A stretch of DNA of 54,865 bases, the filler included, from Candidatus Woesearchaeota archaeon (GTDB lineage Archaea > Nanobdellota > Nanobdellia > Woesearchaeales > BM511): NCBI GenBank assembly GCA_023266675.1. It is 4 parts of 4 records of this genome, joined end to end, with 100 filler letters (N's around TTAATTAATTAA, not from the genome) between each part and the next. Parts side by side here need not be neighbours in the genome. Positions count along the whole stretch, not along the records: positions 17,346 to 34,261 come from JAHFPP010000026.1; positions 34,362 to 50,921 come from JAHFPP010000027.1; 2 more parts are not named here. One strand, written 5' to 3'. A program made the position numbers and the translations under genes. The notes under the pieces are model-generated. The model was not told the origin of the DNA. It saw only the letters and a list, made by a program, of their open reading frames with translations, and ran no database searches. Shown one piece after another: positions 31,081 through 39,994 of the stretch (its first letter is position 1; every line of letters starts with the position of its first letter).

Positions 31081-32615
31081 TAATCATCAACGCTTTTCTG
31101 TCCTTTTCGTTTTCCTGTTTTTACTTCTTCAGTTTCCTGTCCTATCTGGGACTTCACGTCTTTGGCAAGTGCCGGTCCTAGCAACTGAACAAGCTTCATC
31201 AAGTCAGCCTTTCCAAGGTCTCCAAGGTCTTTTATTCCATTTTTGTAAAGCATTCTTGCTCTGATTCGGCCGACATTTCTGAGTTTTAACAGTGGTATGA
31301 GTTCTTCTTTGGCGCCGTATTTCATCCTAACCTGTGTTTTTCTAATGTCTTTTATCAAATCAAGAAGTCCAATTAATCTTGCAAACTCTGCAGCAGAATT
31401 CAGCAGCCAGTCGGCTTCTTCAAGCTTTGTGCGAAATTCGCCAGGTCTTACATCATATTTTTCAAGAAGGTCATGTTCATCAAGCTCATTGCACCACTCT
31501 TCAAAAACAATGGCGGTTTTTATTGTTGAGAGATACTCTTCGTACTCTGGTTCATAAAGCGATGGCGGCGGGTTGATTATTGTTTGTTCATTCTCGGCAA
31601 TCTTGCTTTCAACTATCAGTATTTCTTTTACTCTTGCCCTAAACGCTGGACGCATCTCAAGTGTTGACGCTACCATGTGCATATATGAGAATTCTTTCGC
31701 TTCCTTTTTTACTCCGCGACGCATGCAGTTTATCATGAAGTCTGCAGTCAATGGGTCAATGTACAATTCTGCAACTCTTTTTCCAAGAAGCGTGGCTTCA
31801 AGCGGTTCATCAATTGACGCCTGCCGAAAATCGCCTTCCTTTGTTAAAAACTCCCATTCTTCAAGAAGTTTAATCACTTTGTTTAAAAGCATAACAAGCT
31901 TTTGAGTATCTTTATACTGGTGCGCCCAGAATGTTCTAGAAAAAAAGTCAACAAGTTCTTTTTTGTTTTTGACAAACCCAGTTGATATGAGACTTAATAC
32001 ATAAGTTCGAAGAACCGGTTCAACTGCAAGTTTTGAATAAATATTTTCTGGGTCGCCATTGATGAAGTTTTGAACAATATTATCCCTTTCTGACTCACTC
32101 CCTGCAATGCATATCGCTTCGCCATAATCTTCTTTTCCAGGTCGACCAGCGCGCCCTGCCATCTGGTGGTACTCAAGAACCTGTATCCACTCCATCCCCC
32201 AGTGACCGCCATACCTTTTTAGGTCTTTTATTATTGTCCTAAACGCAGGCATGTCTATACCCATTGCAAGCGTTGGTGTACTGCAAATGATTTTTATATT
32301 TCCATTTCGAAAATTGTCCTCAACAATCTCTCTTTGTGCTGATGCAAGCCCAGAGTGATGAAAAGCTATTCCTTTTTCAACGCATTTTGCAAGCCTTTCA
32401 CACTGCTTTGTCGGTCGCGAAAGCGCTTCTCTAATCTCTTTGGCAATCGCTTCAAGTTTAACGTCCTTGACTTTAATCGCAATTTTTTCAGCCAAAGATT
32501 CTGCAGAACGCTTCGTGTTAACAAAAATCAAAGCCTGTTTATTGATTCGGAGTGTATCAAATGATATGTTTAAAGTTGCGTCACTATACTCTTCGTTTAT
32601 CTTTAACGTGTCCAT
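31077..32615 (-). CDS. Hel308/Ski2-like helicase lacking the N-terminal RecA1 (Walker A/DEAH) domain
   Basis: Begins at ALIFVNTKRSAE. Has GIAFHHSGL, TPTLAMGIDMPA, QMAGRAGRPG, a winged helix and the GRIRARMLY HhH. No GKT or DExH motif. Confidence 0.85.
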   Translation of the reverse strand: MDTLKINEEYSDATLNISFDTLRINKQALIFVNTKRSAESLAEKIAIKVKDVKLEAIAKEIREALSRPTKQCERLAKCVEKGIAFHHSGLASAQREIVEDNFRNGNIKIICSTPTLAMGIDMPAFRTIIKDLKRYGGHWGMEWIQVLEYHQMAGRAGRPGKEDYGEAICIAGSESERDNIVQNFINGDPENIYSKLAVEPVLRTYVLSLISTGFVKNKKELVDFFSRTFWAHQYKDTQKLVMLLNKVIKLLEEWEFLTKEGDFRQASIDEPLEATLLGKRVAELYIDPLTADFMINCMRRGVKKEAKEFSYMHMVASTLEMRPAFRARVKEILIVESKIAENEQTIINPPPSLYEPEYEEYLSTIKTAIVFEEWCNELDEHDLLEKYDVRPGEFRTKLEEADWLLNSAAEFARLIGLLDLIKDIRKTQVRMKYGAKEELIPLLKLRNVGRIRARMLYKNGIKDLGDLGKADLMKLVQLLGPALAKDVKSQIGQETEEVKTGKRKGQKSVDDY

Positions 32616-32906
32616 AAATTTGTTTAGTTGAGTGCTATTTAAAAGTGTTTGGTGTGCAAATGTCCAGTGGAAGATATATATAATCAATAAATAAGAATTT
32701 ATATTTTTTATTTGTGAAAAAGAATACCTCGTTGTTTACATCGAGGTTGTGGTATCCTTTTTCCAACTCAACAACCTTGCTTGATGCACTTTCGAATTCT
32801 TTTTCACTTTCAGCATACCTTGCCCTTTATGGCAAGGTTGTTGATTTAAAACTTTTATAAACTTATTATCCCAAAGTATTTATATTAATCTTAAATTATC
32901 TCGTCT

Positions 32907-34261
32907 GTGGTTAAATCATACAAATTTTATAAATATGTTGTCAAAGGGATAGTGCAGGGTGTAGGATTTCGACCGTATATTTATCAAAAAGCAAAGAAAC
33001 TTTTTCTGGTTGGATATATCAAAAATATCGGCGGCGGAGTTGAAATAGTTGTAAATGATAAATATTTTATAAAAAAATTATCTGATTTGCCACCTTTGGC
33101 AAAAATTGAATCCTTCTCAATAAAAACTTTTAATATGAAAAAAGTTTTTAGTGATTTTTCTATATTAAAAAGTGAAAAATTAACAGATAATCTTAAAACT
33201 TCCAAAGGGGTAACGTCGCTTCCTGCGGATATTTATCTATGCGATGATTGTAAAAACGAGTTAAAGGATAAAACCAACAGACGGCATAATTACTATTTTA
33301 TAACATGCACTAACTGCGGCCCAAGATTCACAATAATCGAGGATTATCCTTATGACAGGCAACTAACTTCAATGAATGAATTTGATATGTGCGAAAAATG
33401 CAAAAAAGAGTATGAAGACCCAAATAACAGAAGATACCATGCTCAAACAATTGCCTGCAAAGATTGCGGGCCAAAATTAAAATTATTGATTAAAAATATT
33501 GATAAAACAGAAAAAAATGATGAACTAACAATAAAAAAAGCTGCAGAGATATTAAAAAAAGGAGAACTATTGGCAATAAAAGGTGTAGGCGGATTTCATC
33601 TTTGTTCTCTTACTGACAATAATTCTGTTGAAAAAGTAAGAAAAAGACTCATGCGAGAGCATAAACCTTTTGCAGTAATTGTAAAAGACATGAAAATGGC
33701 AGAAAAAATAGCCTTTATTTCCTTAGCTGAAAAAGAAATTCTTTTAAGCAAAGAAAGACCAATTGTAGTTTTAAAGAAAAAAGAAAAAAACTCGTTTAAA
33801 CAAGTATCTGAACTTAATTCGATAGGTGTAATGCTTCCATATACCGCGCTTCACTACATGCTATTTGAATATATTAATGAACCAATATTGATGACTTCTT
33901 GCAATCTTCCAGGAGAACCTGTTGCGATAAACGAAAAAATTGCAGATAATTTTTTGACTCATGAACGAAGAATAGTGAATCGATGTGATGATACAGTCAT
34001 CAAATTCATTGAAAACAAGGCAGTTTATCTGCGTCGTTCACGAGGATATGCGCCTTTACCATTTTTCCTTTCAATTTCATGTAATGACACACTTTCGCTT
34101 GGAGCAGAGATGAATAATTCAGTTTGTGCTGTGAAAAAATCAAATGCATATCTCTCACAATATCTTGGTGAGACTTCAAAACTTGAAACTTTTGAATTTT
34201 TAAAAGAAACAGCAGATAATCTGGTCAAATTTACACGACTAAACCCTAAAATCATCGTTTC
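32907..34261 (+). CDS. hypF: Carbamoyltransferase HypF (3'-truncated at contig end)
   Basis: GIVQGVGFRPY, zinc fingers CTNCGPRF and HAQTIAC..CGP, KGVGGFHL and RRSRGYAP. Confidence 0.95.
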
Positions 34262-34361
34262 NNNNNNNNNNNNNNNNNNNNNNNNNNNNNNNNNNNNNNN
34301 NNNNNTTAATTAATTAANNNNNNNNNNNNNNNNNNNNNNNNNNNNNNNNNNNNNNNNNNNN
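34262..34361. other. Artificial contig linker
   Basis: N44-TTAATTAATTAA-N44. Confidence 0.97.
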
Positions 34362-34428
34362 TAGAGCAGTTCCATCTGATATTTGAGTTCTGATTTTAGT
34401 TTTCATATTATTATAGGTCAAGGAAATT

Positions 34429-34472
34429 AAAAAAAAGAAAGAGCCTTCCGACATGACTCAAAAGGCTCTTTC
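34429..34472 (-). terminator. Rho-independent terminator fused to a motif copy
   Basis: GAAAGAGCCTT...AAGGCTCTTTC hairpin followed by T8. Confidence 0.75.
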
Positions 34473-34505
34473 AAATAAACAACAAATAAAACGTGGAACA
34501 ACTTG

Positions 34506-34577
34506 TGAGGCAGACAGGAGTTTAACACTGTGACACATGGGCTTTCGGGCCATTGCTCTACACTGAGCTACTACCTC
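34506..34577 (-). ncRNA. Degenerate tRNA-like element
   Basis: Acceptor GAGGTAG/CTGCCTC-A and D arm GCTC/GAGC are intact. Anticodon arm (loop CCGAAAG) and T arm (ACAG/CTGT, no GTTC) are imperfect. Confidence 0.6.
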
Positions 34578-34582
34578 ATCTC

Positions 34583-34614
34583 CAAATATAATCAGGGAGA
34601 CTTTAAAAATCAAT
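34583..34614 (-). promoter_or_regulatory. Bacteroidota-type promoter (ATTG-N20-TATATTTG)
   Basis: Near-match to the TTTG-N19-21-TAnnTTTG consensus, 5 nt upstream of the tRNA-like element. Confidence 0.55.
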
Positions 34615-34620
34615 TGTTTT

Positions 34621-35106
34621 TTAAAAAAGTTCAAATTTAAAGTCATTGCTAAACCTTGTGCCTGCATAACGTCCAATTGATGCTCCTCCTTTTTCAAACC
34701 AAAATTCAACAGTTAAGGCTCCTTGTTTTTCTTCATCTAAAAGAACGTTATAAAAAGGGAGAACTGACAACTTAAATTCAGCAACCATTCGACCACATTC
34801 TTTTTGTGTAAACATTTTATCTCCAACAGTTAAAAGAAAAACAATTTCCTTAAAGACCATTCTTTCAAAACTCATTTTGATTGCTTTCTCTGCAATTGCC
34901 AAGTCATCACATCGTTTCAATCTTGAAGATAGAACATCAAACAATTTTTCTGCTTCTTTGCGGTTTTCTGTATATTTCCTTCCAAACGTTTTTGTTTTAT
35001 CAACAACTTCCACTCCGAATTTATCTCCATCTCTTAACATCATAACGAAAAGCCTATTTCCTTTGTAGTTAAGCGTATTTTCTTGTATTATTCTGAAATC
35101 ATCCAT
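34621..35106 (-). CDS. Phage hypothetical protein
   Basis: 161-aa ORF. Confidence 0.7.
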   Translation of the reverse strand: MDDFRIIQENTLNYKGNRLFVMMLRDGDKFGVEVVDKTKTFGRKYTENRKEAEKLFDVLSSRLKRCDDLAIAEKAIKMSFERMVFKEIVFLLTVGDKMFTQKECGRMVAEFKLSVLPFYNVLLDEEKQGALTVEFWFEKGGASIGRYAGTRFSNDFKFELF

Positions 35107-35122
35107 AAAAACTATTATTCAT

Positions 35123-35373
35123 TTATCTCCTACTTAAAATTTCTTTTGCATTCTCCATTGCTGTTTTGAAATGTCTTGTCCTATCACTCTGTGAGCAATC
35201 TTCATCTGCATTGGTTGTCATATCATCCAAAGCATCAATTAACTCATCAACTGGTTTAAGTGCTCATCGAATATTGAAACATCCAACTGTGTTAAATCTG
35301 TTTGGTCAAGTTGACCATTGATTGCCAATTCAATTAGTTTAGCTTTGATAGATTCTGCTATTTTCTTTTTCAT
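35123..35373 (-). pseudogene. Frameshifted small phage ORF (or sequencing error)
   Basis: MKKKIAESIK...SIFDE continues as ALKPVDELIDALDD...LSRR* after a one-base shift near 35265. The span is 251 nt. Confidence 0.5.
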
Positions 35374-35382
35374 TTTTGTATT

Positions 35383-35742
35383 TTATTTAGTACCTGTAAA
35401 TATTGTTTTACGATTATGAATATATTCTTCAGCAGGAACGATGAATTCATTGTTATCGTTTGCATTAGGATTGTCGTTTAAAAACTTCTCCATAGCTTTT
35501 ACATCTCCTGAATCGGATATTCTATCCATTTCTTGTACCATTTCAGGAGTAATTCCTTCATTGTATTCTTCCAATTCTTCTGGAGTTCTATTAGATAACA
35601 TAGATAGTGCATCATCAAATATTTCCTTCATAGCCTCCTCTCTTGTTGAGAATATGGTTGGGTTGTTTTTTTCATCTACAACTGCTTCCCATCCATCAAC
35701 TAAAGTATCCCAAACGATAATAAATCCTTTTTTCTTTTTCAT
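35383..35742 (-). CDS. Phage hypothetical protein
   Basis: ORF directly downstream of a motif copy. Confidence 0.8.
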   Translation of the reverse strand: MKKKKGFIIVWDTLVDGWEAVVDEKNNPTIFSTREEAMKEIFDDALSMLSNRTPEELEEYNEGITPEMVQEMDRISDSGDVKAMEKFLNDNPNANDNNEFIVPAEEYIHNRKTIFTGTK

Positions 35743-35792
35743 GTTGTTTGTTTATTATTATAGGTCAAGTAAAATAAAAAAAAGAAAGCTCC

Positions 35793-36059
35793 TTATATTT
35801 CTTCTGAGATGAAAACAAATTTCTCATCCAAGTGATTGTAACAGATAACATCAGCAGGGAGACTTAATATTCCTTCTTCAACAAAAAAGTAAATGCTTTC
35901 ATCAATTGAACGTTCAGTTGCTCCTTTAAGTTGACCATTGTTTTTTTGTATAGCCAACTGTAAAGTTTCATCAGCAATTTCAACTGTGATTTCTCCAGTT
36001 TCTCTTGACTCCATTGTGAATGTCCTTGTTGGATATTCTTTTCCTTTGTATGTAATCAT
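35793..36059 (-). CDS. Phage hypothetical protein
   Basis: ORF downstream of a motif copy. Confidence 0.8.
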   Translation of the reverse strand: MITYKGKEYPTRTFTMESRETGEITVEIADETLQLAIQKNNGQLKGATERSIDESIYFFVEEGILSLPADVICYNHLDEKFVFISEEI

Positions 36060-36140
36060 TTTATTTAAGTGTTAGGGTTTCTTATATTCTTATAGGTCAG
36101 ACTTATTAAAAAAAAGAAAAGGGAGACTTACTCCCAATCT

Positions 36141-36713
36141 TTAATCTTCAGGAAGATAACCTTTTAGGTTTTTTGCAGGACAAAACATCAATAATTCATC
36201 AATGGCTGTCATATCTCCAACTCTAACATCTTCTTTGATGCGTTCAAGAACCAAATCAATTACAGCTTGCTTAATAGCTTTTTGTTCTTCTTTTACTTCT
36301 TCAATTGCCTCTATAACAAGTGGGTCTTGAAAATCAGCTTCTGTGATTGTTGGATTTGTGCCTCTAATAACTTCTCCGTCAATGGTAACTTCGGCAACCA
36401 CTCTTGCTGTGTCAGAATTATCATCATCATCAGTATAGCAATCAATTGTAATATTTCCTGTATCAGGGTCAGTATAGTCAGTTTTAACTTCTATAAAGAT
36501 TTGCATTGGTTCTTTTGTTTCAGGCACAACAACTTTCCAGTTTTTTCTATCTAAAGGAATATCGTATTTTATTTGAGCCTCAGTAACTACACAAGTCTTC
36601 CCATAATTAAAATTGCTTACGTGAATACAAATCATTGTATCTCCTGCCTTTGGTTCTACTTCTGAGATAAAGACATTTTTAAATTTCTTAACTACCATTT
36701 TATCTGTTTTCAT
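36141..36713 (-). CDS. Phage hypothetical protein (acidic)
   Basis: 190-aa ORF followed by a GGGAG/CTCCC terminator. Confidence 0.8.
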   Translation of the reverse strand: MKTDKMVVKKFKNVFISEVEPKAGDTMICIHVSNFNYGKTCVVTEAQIKYDIPLDRKNWKVVVPETKEPMQIFIEVKTDYTDPDTGNITIDCYTDDDDNSDTARVVAEVTIDGEVIRGTNPTITEADFQDPLVIEAIEEVKEEQKAIKQAVIDLVLERIKEDVRVGDMTAIDELLMFCPAKNLKGYLPED

Positions 36714-36733
36714 TTTTCTTTTAAATTAAAGGA

Positions 36734-36970
36734 TTAAATTGAACTCCATACAATTGATATTGTGTAACCACTTTGATTAGCGTAATAGCCATTTTCAATG
36801 TGAAAATCAATATCATCAGGGCTTGCGCCATTTATAACTGCTTTATCAACAAAACATTTTTCGGCTTGTTCAACAACATCCTGAGATAATTGTTCTTCTT
36901 CAATTCCAAAGCTTTCAATTGATGAAACAGCATTATCTGTGTTTGATTCAATTACATTTATAATTCTCAT
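36734..36970 (-). CDS. Phage hypothetical protein
   Basis: ORF downstream of a motif copy. Confidence 0.75.
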   Translation of the reverse strand: MRIINVIESNTDNAVSSIESFGIEEEQLSQDVVEQAEKCFVDKAVINGASPDDIDFHIENGYYANQSGYTISIVWSSI

Positions 36971-37024
36971 GTCTTTATTTATTTGTTATATTATTATAGG
37001 TCAAGGAAAAGAAAAAAAAGAAAT

Positions 37025-37342
37025 TTACAATGCTTCAAGTTCTTCCAACAAACATAGTGCATCCAATACAGAAACAACATTTTCATTGATTGCCATACGA
37101 ATAGACAATTCTTTTTTTGTTGCGCCATGTCCTGAATAATAATCGTTTTGAACAAAATATCCATCTTTTGTTACACCAATAATTTCTTGATTTGATATTG
37201 TACCGAAAGAAAAGAATTCAAGATTATCTTCATCCGTTTCTCCAAGGAAGTCCCTGTTGATTCTTTCTAAGTTTTCTCTAATAAGTACAATTGCTTGTGC
37301 TTCAATTTCGGAAACTTGACTTCTAAGTGTTTCTGCTGTCAT
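37025..37342 (-). CDS. Phage hypothetical protein
   Basis: ORF flanked by motif copies. Confidence 0.8.
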   Translation of the reverse strand: MTAETLRSQVSEIEAQAIVLIRENLERINRDFLGETDEDNLEFFSFGTISNQEIIGVTKDGYFVQNDYYSGHGATKKELSIRMAINENVVSVLDALCLLEELEAL

Positions 37343-37396
37343 GTCGTTATTTATTTGTTTATAAAGTTATAGGTCAAGGAAAAGAAAAAAAAGAAA

Positions 37397-37633
37397 CTAT
37401 AAACTCATCTTTCTTTTGATATTGAATATTTGCAGGGTTGAGAAACCTGCTTTTTTCAATTTGCCTTCCCAAATTGTTTTAGCCTGAGTAGGAGTTACTT
37501 CGCCATCGTGATGATAGTTTTCAGGCGCTTCCATTGGTTGAAGCAAAATTTCCTTTTGAAGACTATTCAACTTAGCAGGGTCAAAGCCCAAGGCGTTTAT
37601 TTGTTCGTTTTGATAATTTTCGTATGTATCCAT
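37397..37633 (-). CDS. Phage hypothetical protein
   Basis: 78-aa ORF. Confidence 0.75.
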   Translation of the reverse strand: MDTYENYQNEQINALGFDPAKLNSLQKEILLQPMEAPENYHHDGEVTPTQAKTIWEGKLKKAGFSTLQIFNIKRKMSL

Positions 37634-37646
37634 TTTTGTTTTAAAT

Positions 37647-38027
37647 TTAATTAACGGTCATAAATTTACTAAATAATAGATTCACATTTTTATATCTTTC
37701 AGTCATTACAGCCTGATATTCTGCTTCACGTATTTTTTTATCTTCAGCACTTGTAAGATGATTAACATGAATTGCTTTCAACCACGCTTCCATATCATTA
37801 CCAAAATCTTGTGGGCGTTCTTGTGTTTGTTTGGCGTTGTGATACTTAGATTTATTATAATCAGGTACATAGTCGCTATTTCTACGAATGTCTTGAATTC
37901 GTTTGATTAACGCAGTATGTTTTTGGTCATCAACAAATTGTGCCAGTCTTTCAACTGCAGTTGACTCAGTATTAAGACCAAGTGTGGTTGCTACTTTGTT
38001 TATGAATATTTTGATTTTGTTTTCCAT
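37647..38027 (-). CDS. Phage hypothetical protein (probably leaderless)
   Basis: ATG lies 5 nt after the motif core. Confidence 0.75.
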   Translation of the reverse strand: MENKIKIFINKVATTLGLNTESTAVERLAQFVDDQKHTALIKRIQDIRRNSDYVPDYNKSKYHNAKQTQERPQDFGNDMEAWLKAIHVNHLTSAEDKKIREAEYQAVMTERYKNVNLLFSKFMTVN

Positions 38028-38061
38028 AATATTATAGGTCAAAGAAAATAAAAAAAAGAAA

Positions 38062-38289
38062 TTAATTAGAAATTTCAATTGTATCTAACAACATATTTCT
38101 TGCAACCAAGATAAAATCTTCAAATAAAAGGTCTTCATCTTTTTCAACAATTTTAATTGGTGCGCCAGTCTCATGGTCAGTAAGCATCAAGCTCCTATTA
38201 ACCGTGCTATATATGATGTCTTGCTCAAATCCTATAAGGTGAAAGCAAAATATTTTGTCTGTTATTTTAACTGCTAAGTTTGTGTCCAT
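38062..38289 (-). CDS. Phage hypothetical protein (probably leaderless)
   Basis: ATG lies 5 nt after the motif core. Confidence 0.75.
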   Translation of the reverse strand: MDTNLAVKITDKIFCFHLIGFEQDIIYSTVNRSLMLTDHETGAPIKIVEKDEDLLFEDFILVARNMLLDTIEISN

Positions 38290-38333
38290 AATATTATAGG
38301 TCAAAGAAAAGAAAAAAAAGAAATTGAAATTTA

Positions 38334-38365
38334 TTTGGTTTATATGAAACTATTTTATATATTTG
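38334..38365 (+). promoter_or_regulatory. Bacteroidota-type sigma promoter (TTTG-N20-TATATTTG) for the tRNA island
   Basis: TTTG at 38334-38337 and TATATTTG at 38358-38365. Confidence 0.7.
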
Positions 38366-38433
38366 TCGTATGAATTAGTGAGAATCATTTTTTTCTCATA
38401 TTTAGTAATAGAAAGTTCTTTATAAAAATATAT

Positions 38434-38506
38434 TGCGGGGTGGAGCAGTTGGTAGCTCGCCAGGCTCATAACCTGGAGGTCGTCCGTTCGAGTCGGGCCC
38501 CCGCTA
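38434..38506 (+). tRNA. tRNA-Met(CAT), initiator-like
   Basis: Cloverleaf with CCAGG-CTCATAA-CCTGG anticodon arm. The 1:72 mismatch is typical of bacterial tRNA-fMet. Confidence 0.92.
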
Positions 38507-38572
38507 CAAGTAAAAATAACATTCCTCTTAGTCCCTGTGAAAACAAACTTTGAGGTAAAACAAAAAAATTAG

Positions 38573-38653
38573 ATGAAAGCATTAGTTAACATATTAGTAA
38601 GTGAACGTGAAGAGGAACGCCAAACGGCAGGCTTCACTATGACTATGAGTTAA
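38573..38653 (+). CDS. Putative Glu-rich leader peptide MKALVNILVSEREEERQTAGFTMTMS
   Basis: 26-codon ORF with an A-rich leader and four Glu codons in six, immediately upstream of a terminator and two tRNA-Glu genes. Confidence 0.55.
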   Translation: MKALVNILVSEREEERQTAGFTMTMS

Positions 38654-38685
38654 CAATTAAATAAAGAAACTTAAAAATCAAAGAG

Positions 38686-38714
38686 GATAGCCAGCAATGG
38701 CTATCTTTTTTTTT
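38686..38714 (+). terminator. Rho-independent terminator or attenuator
   Basis: GATAGCCA-GCAA-TGGCTATC followed by T9. Confidence 0.85.
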
Positions 38715-38724
38715 GTACATATAT

Positions 38725-38798
38725 GGCGCTATCTTATAAGGGTAGTAAAATGGGCTTTCACCTCATGAATCGGAGTTCGACTCTCCGTAGCGCTACCA
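38725..38798 (+). tRNA. tRNA-Glu(TTC) with encoded CCA
   Basis: GGCGCTA/TAGCGCT acceptor, ATGGG-CTTTCAC-CTCAT anticodon arm and CGGAG-TTCGACT-CTCCG T arm. Confidence 0.88.
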
Positions 38799-38801
38799 AA
38801 T

Positions 38802-38873
38802 GTTCCCGTCTTCTAACGGTCAGGATGAAATGTTTTCACCATTTCGATGCCAGTTCAACTCTGGTCGGGAATA
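38802..38873 (+). tRNA. tRNA-Glu(TTC), second divergent copy
   Basis: GTTCCCG/CGGGAAT acceptor, AAATG-TTTTCAC-CATTT anticodon arm and GCCAG-TTCAACT-CTGGT T arm. Confidence 0.85.
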
Positions 38874-38874
38874 C

Positions 38875-39360
38875 TTATTTACATAGCTTACTTATGATTA
38901 ACTTTTCCTGCTTAATTCTTAAATTTGCTATTGAATCTTCAGATTTCTGTTTTGCAGCTTCAATTTTACTATAATCTGGTTTATCGAAATAATCATATTT
39001 AGCTAATGTTATATCTGTGTCTTCTTCATGATTAAAATCCAATGAATCAGGAGAAATCAAGGTAAGTGAAGTACCTATTGCACTTGTCAATTGTTTTATT
39101 TTAATATTACAATTTTTGTTTTCCCAAAATTCAATTGTGAAAAATTCATCATCCATAGCAAACATATTGTTTTTATGAGATATTGTATCTTCCTTATTTA
39201 TAAAAGTCCAGTCAGATGAATGTTCTTTCATATTTTCAATGATTATTTCTGAAAGTGTTTTTGGAGTTTCAGGAGAGTTTTTTATTGATGTTTTTATGAA
39301 CAATGCTAAAATAGTTCCAAGAAATGCTACTGTCAATATTGTGCCTAATACTTTTTTCAT
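38875..39360 (-). CDS. Phage membrane-anchored hypothetical protein
   Basis: N-terminal hydrophobic helix. Downstream of a motif copy. Confidence 0.75.
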   Translation of the reverse strand: MKKVLGTILTVAFLGTILALFIKTSIKNSPETPKTLSEIIIENMKEHSSDWTFINKEDTISHKNNMFAMDDEFFTIEFWENKNCNIKIKQLTSAIGTSLTLISPDSLDFNHEEDTDITLAKYDYFDKPDYSKIEAAKQKSEDSIANLRIKQEKLIISKLCK

Positions 39361-39532
39361 AATTTATTAATTAGATTGAAACTTTATTGTTTCTTAATCT
39401 TATAGGTCAGACAAAACAAAAAAAAGAAACCTTCTTGGATTTCTCAGGAAGGTTTCTCGAATACAGATATATGACAATTTTTATTTTCCATGTTATCAGG
39501 GAGTTTTCTCTGTTATAGAAATATGACGATTT

Positions 39533-39994
39533 TTATTTTTCATTTGTTTCATGTGTATTTTTAGATACAGGTTTTAAGCTATACTCAAATAATCTTTTTC
39601 CTACTGGTGTTCGGACAATTAATCCTTCTTTACTCAGATAAGATGCAGAATTATAGATTTGTTGCATCAACACTTTTTTGTCCTTTGGGAATTTTACTTC
39701 TGGATGAACAAATTTAATTCTGGCTGCAATCTCTTTGGTCATTGCAGGTCTTCCCATTTGTTTCAAAGTATCAATAAATACTTCATAAGAAGATAATTTA
39801 TGAGCTTTCTCTTTAGCTGGCTCAATAGCTTTTACTTTTTTTCCTTTTAGCTTAGAGTAGATTTTTCCTGCTACTCCTACATTTAATTTTTTGAATAGGG
39901 AGAGCAATGAATCTTCGTATGCTCTTGCCATTCCACTAACTAACTCGTTTACGTCTACGTTTCCAAGTTCTAAACTTTTTGATGCTATTTTCAT
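39533..39994 (-). CDS. Phage protein with a possible C-terminal winged-helix DNA-binding domain
   Basis: IDTLKQMGRPAMTKEIA...IYNSASYLSKEGLIVR...EYSL pattern. No phage motif upstream, but TATCTTTG at 40034-40041 (minus). Confidence 0.6.
   Translation of the reverse strand: MKIASKSLELGNVDVNELVSGMARAYEDSLLSLFKKLNVGVAGKIYSKLKGKKVKAIEPAKEKAHKLSSYEVFIDTLKQMGRPAMTKEIAARIKFVHPEVKFPKDKKVLMQQIYNSASYLSKEGLIVRTPVGKRLFEYSLKPVSKNTHETNEK

Noticed and set aside
38725..38873. tRNAs as UCA (opal suppressor or Sec) species implying recoding
   Set aside because: The 7-nt loops centre on TTC. TGA and TAG act as ordinary stops in neighbouring ORFs (41598, 49875, 37397).
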